From the NCBI GenBank assembly GCA_021613535.1, contig CP075494.1, positions 6,262,001-6,326,000 on the forward strand: a stretch of 64,000 nt of DNA. The letters run 5' to 3'. The notes beneath the pieces are model-generated. The model was not told where the DNA came from and searched no databases. It saw nothing but the letters and a program-made list of their open reading frames with translations. Shown in pieces: positions 53,771 to 64,000 of the stretch; within the stretch, counting starts at the first letter, position 1; every line of letters begins with the position of its first letter. The translations under genes and the position numbers were made by a program. This DNA is from Adineta vaga (Eukaryota; Animalia; Rotifera).

Positions 53771-56217
53771 ACTAAAATTAAAAAGAAAAAACAACAAGGG
53801 TAAATGCGTTCATGCGTCACAGTAACGGAAAAGAATCAACGAGTGATGTTTTTTACATGCCTATATATGTACATTTATTAGGTATATATGCTTCCCTCGA
53901 ACATGACATCCATATTCACGTAGGATGAAATGCATTGCTTTCCCTCCTACATATTTATGTTGTTTTTTTCTTAAGACTCAATACTTCCTGTATGTTTACT
54001 TAACGGAGAATGAAAAAAGGAGCAAGTAGATAAAAATTAAAAGATAAGTTTGATAAAGGTAGATAGACGAAGACATCATTGCTCGATGTCATTAAATGAT
54101 AATAGTTAATATGTGATACTGTAGTAAATAAGTATAAAAAAAAACGAATAAGAAGAAGAAATAAGTTTAACGGAATTGTATGTCGAATAAGCATATTCGT
54201 TGTGTTATTGTTCAAAGAATAGGAGTACTTATAACTGACCTCCTTCCTTCGAAAATATTGTGGGTCAAAAGAAGAAATCTATTCATTTTGATTTCATTGT
54301 CTACCTTGGAAGCTCAAGAACACAATTCTCTCCCAACAGGAGACATATTCTGTTCTGTTTTTGCATCGTTGCTTTCTCACTCTTTCGGCCAGTCAACGAT
54401 GTGAAAAGAAAAAAAGGAATCATTTCAAGTTATTTTTTTTGAACACATATATACATACATACATACATACACAGTGGCCTTGTTCTGTTCTCTTTTTCCT
54501 CTCGATCATCATCATCATCATCCATCCTGTCTACCTGTCGAGACGACAAGAGGAAGGTCCAAAACATTCGCATATAATAAAACAAATTTTTCGCTTTTCT
54601 CTCTCTTTCATTCATTAGATTGAACACGATATCCGCACCAATACACTCAACACATATATTTTTCGGTCTTTTATCTCGGTGACCTCAAAAATATGAATGC
54701 AATATTCTCAACATAGAATCCGATGAATAGAAATGAGCGGGAAAAAAAAAGAATTCTTTGTCGCGTCACTTAAACTCCTCCTTCTCCTTTTTCATTGTTA
54801 TATTCCATTAATGGTACTATTCTCATTCGAATCATCTACAGTTACTTGCTTCAACCTAATTACAAGATGAATATAGATCTATACATATACATAGTCGACA
54901 GGTGTTTGCAAGTAATGATGATACTGATAAGACATATGACAAACAACAGTCGATTGATGACGTGTATTTACGCTAAGCTTTAATTCTACAGAGAAGTGCT
55001 AATATATAAAGACTATGATCATATCAACACTGTTCATTGTTCAAAAGAGTGAGAGAAAGAAGAAGAAGAAGAATATTAAAAAAACTAGGTCACAACAACC
55101 TGTTACTTGTTCAATCATTAATAACTCATGATCATTGACCTAGATAGACTTCTTTTTTCGTTCTCAACTATTAGTAAAGTGTATGTATGTGAAGGAGAAA
55201 TGAATGATATATCCCATTCTCTATTTGTATATGAAAGACTGATCAATGAACAATTCTTCTACTCGATTGAAAGTAAAAATCTCTATTTTTTATGCTTTGA
55301 ATTCAATCAATATCGGTTTTGCTTCATTTGACTTCTACTTCGCTTCAGTTCGAATGTTTCTGTCTAGTGAATACCGATTTAACTTAAAAGAGAAAATACA
55401 TATCTATAAAAGAGTTCATTTACACTAGACACATACTTCTGACGGAAGAAAAGAAAAATGAAAAGTGACTTGTTAACTCATTCACGGAAGATAAGATAAT
55501 AGTGGTAAGGTGAAAGTCGATTTATTTATTCTCTCTTGTATACTGTTTACCATCTTAAGAGATAAATAGATTGGTTTGTTCTTATGATGAAGATGATAAG
55601 ACAATAAACGACGAAAAGCACTGATAAATGTTCAAATGATGATAGTTAGTGATCAGAAATATACTTTTTTTTTCTTTCGTTATTTACATCGACATTCATT
55701 AATTTAACGCATGTATAGATATGCTAATCGAGCTGAAGGTGAAATCAAATGAGACATTACGTCGAGAAATGTGTATACGATTAGAACTAATCAAAAAATA
55801 TGACATAAACATTTCTTTCCTTCGTCTACTTAACGATGTCTTCGAACTTATTTGAAAATCTTTATGTTTATCTCCCAATACATTCTTTGACTATTACTTT
55901 ATTAGAAAATAAATACGCATTTCTTCCTTTCCGTGAGCATTTATCAAGTACAAAAAGAAAAGTAAATGTTTTTCTTCGAGGACAAAAACGAAAGCACATG
56001 GTGAAAAGTAAACAAAAATTAATCGATTTAGTCAATTTTTAGTAGGAAAATACATATTTTATATATGATGTAAATGTTTTTTCGTTCGTTCTATGTGGTT
56101 ATTTATAACGATTGTATTACAATGATTACATAAAAAAGTATAAATGCGAGAAAAAAACACGATTGGTATCGACATTTCTTGCACTGTGTATATAGAAAAA
56201 GGTAATCACAAAGTTCG

Positions 56218-56834
56218 ATGGGTAATCAACAGGCTTCACGTTCTTTAACCAATAAAGATATTCAAATCTTAATTGAAACTAGCGGTAAAAGTGAAAAGGA
56301 AATTCAGCAATGGTACGAAGATTTTCATGAAGATAGTCAAGGTACAGATCGAATGAATAAACGACAATTTCAGACATTTTATTTGAAATTAAGAAAACGA
56401 TCAAATTTACAACAATTAACCGATCATATCTTTCGAGCATTTGATATTGATCAATCTGGTAGTTAATTCAATTTTGTTTTAGAAATTTAAATCTTTCCAA
56501 TGTTTCTTTTAAAAAAGGTACAATTGATTTTAATGAATTTCTTCTTGCCTATATTGCGACAAGTGAAGGAACTAAACGTCAAAAATTTGGTTATGCATTT
56601 GAAGTTTATGATATTAATGACGATCAAGTTATTGAAAAAAAAGAAGTGAGAAAAATTCTGAATATCATCGGTCGACTTGTTGGTCTATCTGAAAGTGAAG
56701 CTGAAAGTTATAGTCGAACATTGATGCTTTCATTCGATACCAATCGTGATAAAGTTTTAACCAAAAATGAATTTATTGAAGGATGTTTACATGATTCAAC
56801 ATTAGGGAAAGTATCCAATCCATTCGATATCTAA
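56218..56834 (+). CDS. Neuronal calcium sensor/recoverin-family EF-hand protein (exons 56218-56458, 56518-56834)
   Basis: MGNQQAS myristoylation motif; HIFRAFDIDQSG/TIDFNEF; YAFEVYDINDD; DTNRDKVLTKNEFIEGC. Confidence 0.88.
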
Positions 56835-57240
56835 TTCGAATGAATCATAAATTCGTCTCATTTTTATATAGTTATCATTATAATAAAAATTGTTTCGAAA
56901 TCATTTTCTGTTTCATTAATATCAAACTAAAGGTATCACATCGATTCTTCTAAGATCGAAGACTTTTACACAATTTCATAGAGAGAAACATTTTCTTTTC
57001 AAGTTTATACAAATAACAAACGCTCTTAACAAGCAAATACACATTAGAGCGTCATTTTTTTTTGTTGAAAAACATCCAATAGACAGTTACAATACATGAT
57101 GTATACATACACACACACACGCAAAAGAAAAAGATTTAGATTTATATATATGTATGTATGACGAGGAAATGTTGACTAGTGATCAATACAGCTAAAGATA
57201 TCCTCCATGTTGTTATTGGCTTTACCAAGCTATATCAACA

Positions 57241-60200
57241 TTAGAAAATATATAAGCATCCGCCTGTTGCATTATAGAATCAAATCGTTCGAATAACTAA
57301 ATTCAAGGAAAAAGAGACATTCGATATTAAAATGAAAGGTTTTGTTTTTTTTAAATTACTTCTTGTAACCATGTTGAATCACCACAAATAGCACTGATTA
57401 ATTCGGTCGCGTCAGCTGTAGGATTTAATGCTTGTAATTCAGCAACCTGTATTATACAAATTTTGAATGGAATAGAATATTTTATATAAAAATACTTTAC
57501 TTTTTGTTGTGCATGACAAAACATATGATAAACATGATGTTTCAATTGATGAGCTGTTTGAGCTAAAGCAGCGATATTTTCACAGACAAAGATCTCCTGA
57601 AAATGATTTGTTCATCAATATAAATTAGAAAAGACAATTGTTTATTATATATATACCAATGTTTGTAATGGAGTATCACTAGCTTTCAATGTATCAACAT
57701 CATATTGATTTCCATGAAAACGTAGTGTATGTGAAACTTGTTGAGATTTATCTTCAGTCACCTAGAGAAAATGAATGTGTTATTTTTCTCAAGAAAAACA
57801 AAATTAACGATGAAATATTTACTTGACAGTGTAATTGTCTTTGTGGTTGTGCAATAATATCAAGTAAAGGATATTTAGCTACGGCATACTTATAATAGAG
57901 AAAAATTTACATCTTCAATTCGATACATTAGAATTTCCATACCGGAAATGTTTCGATTGTACGTCTTGATTGAATTACATAGTTATAACGTTGTTCAAGC
58001 ATTTCATCAATTAATCGAATATAAGTTGCATATTCATCTAAATGGTTTTCTTTTTTTGAGAAAAAAGATTCTTGAAATTTAAATATGAAATCTTACCAGT
58101 ATTCGCTTTTATTCTTGGTAATACATCAGCATCATAAACATGATTAACAAGTACTTGCGCATAAACATCATGTTGAATACGTACTGAACTCATATGACCA
58201 TGTATTCTAAACAAATGATGTCATAGTAATTTGATAAAAGATTTTTTTGTTTTAAATCTTACTTAAGTTTGATCGGATGGGATTCACTGGCTATACGAAC
58301 AACTTCTTGATTATTATGTAAACCTTTTAATTCACATTTAAGTGGAATATAATCATCAGGAACATTCGTATAAAACATTCCCTAGAAGAAAATCAAAAAT
58401 TCAATTATAAGAATAGAATATATATTCTTACTTCATCTGTTGCCTCCCAAGCAATTTCAGAGTCAGCAAGTACTGTATCATATTTGAGTAGAAGTGTTTT
58501 TGTATGAACTTTCCAAATAGGAAAATGAAGTAGATTCAGAAAATGTCCTTTATAAAGTAAAAATTGACCGATTTCAAATGGAATTTCTGGACCCATTTCT
58601 GTGACTAAATAGAGAACAATATTTATTATTTACAAGTAAATATTAATTTCTCATCTCTAACCTTCTTCGGTATATTGTTGTCCACCGACAGTTGTTGTGA
58701 CCATTTGATTCGCTGTTGATACTGTTGAACCACCTGATGTATCTGATTGTTTATTATCCGTTGATGTTTCTTGTTGATTTCGCTCGTGCACTACTTGTTG
58801 CTGATGCTGATGCTGCTGTTGTTGTTGTTGTTGTTGTAATGCAGCATTTGCTAATTGTAATTGTTCATTTTTAAGATCATACAAAGCAGCAGCTGCAAGA
58901 GATGGACGATCAATATCCATATATGATGATGAACTATCCAAATGAGAAATGATGGGTTATACAATATTTTGCTATACAATTGACTTACTTTGTAGTCGTT
59001 GGTTGATAAATACCTTCACTAGTTGTATTTATATCTAAAAAAAGAGTATTGAATACTATTTGAAGACGAAACACAGATGATATTTAGATTTACTGGAATT
59101 AGTTGTACCAAAATTTGTTTTAGATATTGCTGCAGCTAAGAGTGCATCGGCTGTTTCCTGAACAATATAAAATCATTTAGTAAAGACAATGAATTGTGTC
59201 AAATAGACAATACTTTTTCACTCTGTACTCGACTAGGATCTGTTGCTGCTAATAAATCATTTGAAAGATAAGCCGTAGTATTTTGATTTGTTTGTTGATG
59301 TTGTCCTTGAACCATTTCATTCAATTGAGTGAGTATTGCTGCAGCAGTTGCTGTAGCTGGCTCAATACCTTCCGTACCATTCGATGGTTGTGTTACTGTT
59401 AATGTACCAGCACCTAATTGATCAATTAAATGTTGTGGTAATGTGATTGTTGTCTAAAATAGATGAACATATCATAAGAAATATGAAGGAAAAAGTTTTT
59501 TGTTTATGATTACGGTAGTATTGAGAGGGTGTGAGTGTGCATTGCGAAATAAACCGTTTAAGGCATTCAAATTTTGCTGTTCAGCATTTGGTGTTAAAGT
59601 TATCGTTTGTGGTATAAAAGTTGTTGATTGATTGTTCGTTGTTGTTGGAAGATTTTTCAGTAGTGGATTTACTTTTACTCCTTTACTATCATCGTACAAT
59701 GGTCGACCAATGACCATTATTTCTTCAATACGTGATTCATCATTGAGCATATAGGTTTGATAACCCATCGTGCCAGTTGGTTGACTCAATGAACTTAAAA
59801 CAATACCAGCATTGACTGAACCGATATAAACATTATCTTTTGGTTTACGTATAATTGGTTCATTGACAAGAGTTTCTAGAGATGGCAATTTTTCTCCAGC
59901 AAGAAATTTTAAAAAAGCATTTTGAAATGAATTTTCTTTCGGATCATAATGAATTTCAACTATAAAAAAAATATGTCAATGAATAGTTGATGAAAATCAT
60001 CAACAATCTTTACTTGGTTTTCGTTTTGGTGGTGGAGCTGCCACACGTTGTACAGATTCTTCGACATTTTGTACATGAAAGGCATTGGCATTGACCTTAA
60101 AGAAATACATGATATATGGATATAAATAGACGATTGTAGATATATTACTTTGCTTTGAAATGATTGTTTATGTTGTACAATAGATGGATTCAGAGTAGCA

Positions 60201-60897
60201 GGTGCTATTGGTTTTGGTGTTGGTTTTGGTTGAATTGGCACTGGTGTTGATACAACGGGTGGTACATGAGTTGTTTGAATTGTAGGCATCGAGGCAATTT
60301 GTAAAATTTGTTGTTGTAAACCAGCAGGTACTTGAGCAACTTGCTGTTCAGGATAATGAGAAAATAGAGAACCTAAACATGAATCAAACCATATGAATAT
60401 ATATATATATATATCTGTCTCATAGTTTAAAAGTCAGTTCAAATCAGTTGAGTAGTAGTGTGTAATAGTTTTTATTCATAAAATATTTCATTTATCCGTT
60501 CTTATTTATAAGATCATCATTTTTGAACTGACATCGAACGAAAAAAGAAAACACTTACCATCTTGTAATAAAGCATTGATATCTTGATCCTTATCAATAA
60601 TAACATCTAGAACGAAAAATATAGATTATTTTCAAATCTATATTCACAATTCTGATAAAAAAACATACACTGATCTTGTCCTTGATCATCTGTAATAATC
60701 AAAATTTGTTGATTTTCTGTAATATGATTTTGTAATTGATTGATTAATTCAGCTTGAGTTGTGGTATCTTGTATGATAACTACATCATTATTTCCAACTG
60801 TTGTTGTGGGTAAAACATTGCCAGCTGTTTGTAATACAGTACCAGGTAATACTTGTGCCGCACCGACCGTTGTTAACGGAACGATATTACCAAACAT
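57241..60897 (-). CDS. Multi-exon Q/T-rich protein with a C-terminal DUF4211-like (QSER1/PRR12-type) domain
   Basis: FEIGQFLLYKG...FPIWKVHTKTLLLKYD; DVYAQVLVNHVYD; HQLKHHVYHMF...DSTWLQE/LFERF; many short exons on the same strand. Confidence 0.6.
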
Positions 60898-61338
60898 AAT
60901 GGATTAAAACAAACGAATTTGAAAAAGAAGAAATCTAAAACAAATCGTCTTTTCTAGTACTATTTTCGTCACAATCGAAATGTTTGCTTGACACAAAGAA
61001 CGAATAGAATATTTCATTTGAAGATATATTTGATCAATAAGATAACGAGAAAAATTGTCGATAGAGGGTGTATTGAAGCTATGTTCTTCATTATTCTATT
61101 TTGAGAATGTAGATATCTTGTACTACATTTAATATAATATAGTATATCTATGACAGAAATGCTTTATGTCAATTATAAAAAGTATTTCACTATTGATCAA
61201 ACATGATATATGGTATTAGCGACAACAAGGAAATTGACGAAAGAACACGCACATTTATAGAGAAACGTAAAATCTATGAACAAAATTGTTTTTATCTTCT
61301 CGAAAGGGTTCTATTTACTCTAAAGTTTCAGCAACACT

Positions 61339-61350
61339 TATGACGTCATA
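61339..61350. promoter_or_regulatory. 12-bp palindrome TATGACGTCATA (CRE/ATF-like) about 440 bp upstream of the DUF4211 gene
   Basis: Perfect palindrome containing TGACGTCA. Confidence 0.35.
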
Positions 61351-61577
61351 TGTCAACTTGATGCATAGAATAAAAATAAAAAATTGCTAGAGGGCTAAGT
61401 TCATAGTTCGTTTTCTTCTTAAAAATTTTTCGTAAAAATAATTCATCCGTTGTTTACAACAGCTAATATATAAAAAAAAAGAAAGAAAATACATTAAAGT
61501 AAGAAGAAATATTTAGTCTAGAATATCAACATGCTGGATTAAATATAAATGAAAAGAAAGTGACCAAAGTTATGTAT

Positions 61578-62509
61578 TTATTTCTTCTTTGCATCTTTGG
61601 CTGTATCTTCTGCAAGTTTTTTTGCTTCTTCACTCTTCTTCTTCAACAATTCTTGGGCTTGTTTAATTGTTTGTTTATTAACACCATTATCTTTGAAAAT
61701 ATTCGCTAATTCTGTTCCTGTTTCTTTAAGAAGTTTCTTAATTTCAGGTTTTTTATCTTTAGCTTTTTCAGCTAAATCCTTTAAACTTGAATATTGCTCG
61801 GAAATTTTACTACGTAATTCAGAATTTTCAGATATTAATTTGTTGAATGCATCACCACCAACATCACCAGCTAAATCTTGAATTTCTTTCACACGTTTTT
61901 GAAGAATTTCAACAGCTTTACCAGCTGTTTTAGGATCTAAACCACCTTCTTTTGTTAATTTTTCAAAATCATTATATGTTTCTTCAAAGACTTTCTTAAC
62001 TTCATCACCATGTTCTTTAGTAATATCTTCGATTTGATCGAAAATTTTACCAAGAAAAGGTGCCGAACCAGGAATTAAAGTAGCACTAGCTGATCGTAAA
62101 TATTTCAATGTTTCAGTTGAATCACCAGCTTTGTCTTTAATTTTTTCTTTTAATTCTTGTGCTTTCTTTGCACCTTGCTGAGCTGTACTTACAACTTGAC
62201 GAGTACCACTAAAATGATACCATGCAAAGCCTAAGAAAATAATCAAAGTATTGAAATCATATTTAAATGAATTCTTTACCTCCAAGTAGAACAGTAAGAC
62301 CACCAGCAATTCCGGCTGTAAGATTTGATCCTGATCCTTGTCCTGCTTGATTAGCAGAAGCTTGTGATGATTGCTAAAAAAAGAAATCGATCAAAATAAA
62401 TGTACGATAAAGAAGGATGGCTTACCCAACGATAAGGCGCAACTGATCGAATAGTTGGATTGACACGAGTTGCTCGTATAATAGTACTGAGTGCAATACG
62501 ATTCATCAT
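61578..62509 (-). CDS. Mitochondria-targeted amphipathic helical (apolipoprotein/LEA-like) protein (exons 62509-62426, 62373-62280, 62230-61578)
   Basis: Arg-rich MTS MMNRIALSTIIRATRVNPTIRSVAPYRW; TM GIAGGLTVLLGGFAWYHFSG; K/E-rich helical body. Confidence 0.8.
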
Positions 62510-63707
62510 TGTTAATTAGAAAGAAAAGACGTTTAGATAGATATAAGAAATATACAAGGTATGCTTTTGAATGAGAAAAAGAATGGTAAATATTTGATTT
62601 TGAGAATAGAAGCCTCCGTTGTGAAAGAAAAAATCATTGATTGGTAGATTGATCGACCAATTCATTCGTAGAAATAAATGAATGAATGAAACGATCGATC
62701 GATACCATAAACGTCAAAAACTCTAGTTAGTCTCTGTACTTTACGTACGTGCGGACAAACAAACAATTTATCCTTACAAGACTCTTCTCTATGAATAAGA
62801 GAATTCAATAAAAGAAGCATTTAAAAAAATAACCTACTCTTTTCCTTTTATTTTCATCAAATATTTTATGTTCATTAGATCTCTCATCTCATCGATGGAT
62901 TTTATTCTTTCAAATATTCTCTCATAAACTTTATATACTCAATTTGAATCATTTAATACTATTATAAAATAGTAATGGAAACTTAATGTACATCGTTTTC
63001 TAGTTACTGAGAATGAAGACTCTGTTGATCACCATCGTTTTGTCCATTATTACGATTATCTAATAGTTCTGTAACTGTTAGTTCACTGATTTTGAATCTA
63101 TGAGACGAAAAATGGAATATAAGATTAACGAATATTTATTTCGAATTAGCACATCCACGTTTTTTATTATCTCTAGTAACTTTATCTGCACTAGCCCAGA
63201 ACCTTTTGATTTTATGTTGATCATCATCCCTCGGCAAACGCATACAATGCTCTATTTGTATTCTTTCTAAAGTTAAAAAGGAAACGAACCCATTTCCGAC
63301 TGAAATTGGGAGTCTAAAGCATACGTTCTACTAAAAAAGATAAACAGTCAAACAAAAGCTATCGATATAAGATATATTAAGTTAATCTCACATTTATTTC
63401 ACTAAGTCGTCTTATTACATCAAATACGTCTTTAGACCTGTTTGTGAAGAATACATGAGTTAGACGGCGCTTATTTTTAACATACGATTGATTCACAGAT
63501 AAAATCTTCGAAATAGAAATTATTCGATACTTGATTGAAATTATGAAAAAAACGTTTGTATAACTGATAACATATTTACGTGTGTAAATTGATGAAATTT
63601 ATTTTTGCTACATTTGATTTTAGTTTGTAAAAAAAAGAAAGCAAATACATAATCGTATATAGAAACTACATAAAAACAGTTTAAAAAATTGTCTGCTTTT
63701 TTTCTCT

Positions 63708-64000
63708 TTATATATCATCCCAAGTTAATGGAATTTTTTTTTCGGTTGATCGATTCGTATGTGAATTATTCAAATCATCCCATGTTAATGGTATAACACC
63801 TTCAATTATCTTGATTGAATCAGCTGCACTATTTTCTGATATTAATCGACAAAATTGTGATAATTTTACAGGATCAATTGAAATTCCATTGATTTCAATT
63901 GTTAAATCAAAACGTGTTTTATAATGACTTCGAAATAGAAAGGATGATTCATGTTCACAAGATAAATGAGCATAAACATATGCATGAATATTCATTTTTA
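63708..64000 (-). CDS. 3' end of an uncharacterised gene (likely extends beyond the window), ending in a duplicated IPLTWDD(L/I)
   Basis: Frame is open to the window edge; repeated motif; TAA at 63708-63710. Confidence 0.55.
   Translation of the reverse strand, partial: KMNIHAYVYAHLSCEHESSFLFRSHYKTRFDLTIEINGISIDPVKLSQFCRLISENSAADSIKIIEGVIPLTWDDLNNSHTNRSTEKKIPLTWDDI

Noticed and set aside
53800-56200. Short ORFs upstream of ETV6 and NCS
   Set aside because: Derived from microsatellites and AT-rich sequence; no coding signature

Overview
AT-rich, gene-dense eukaryotic (animal) DNA with very short GT-AG introns (about 50-70 nt). Composition, intron size and several genes of apparently non-metazoan origin suggest a bdelloid rotifer (inference). 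About 25 protein genes can be spliced together by eye. Conserved animal genes: FoxC, ESRP/fusilli, a 2-EF-hand protein, CSN1/GPS1, ANGEL, LRPPRC, NIF3L1, a tandem-C2 synaptotagmin-like gene, POU6, a LIN-24/aerolysin-like pore-former, KCTD7/14-like, ATP synthase g, an FNDC4/5-like TM protein, a double alpha-crystallin sHSP, Mcr/TEP6, ETV6/yan, an NCS calcium sensor and a DUF4211 protein. Unusual or foreign-looking genes: two divergent Cys-rich secreted peptides, a PhyH-like dioxygenase, a U-box-TM-carbohydrate-binding-like protein, a LURP-one-related protein, a fungal-type mitochondrial helical protein, and a partial gene ending in tandem LTWDD(L/I) motifs. No CRISPR, tRNA/rRNA or transposon was recognised. 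Best leads: (1) an operon-like ANGEL-LRPPRC-NIF3L1 block with 54-133 bp spacers and unpaired splice acceptors, suggesting SL trans-spliced polycistronic expression of mitochondria-linked genes; (2) an inverted pair of hydrophobic Cys-hairpin peptide genes with a hypervariable core; (3) a 13-nt dual-use exon in ESRP; (4) a transmembrane U-box E3 receptor; (5) an Atg19-like C-terminal AIM protein. All family calls come from recalled motifs, not database searches, and exon boundaries are manual.
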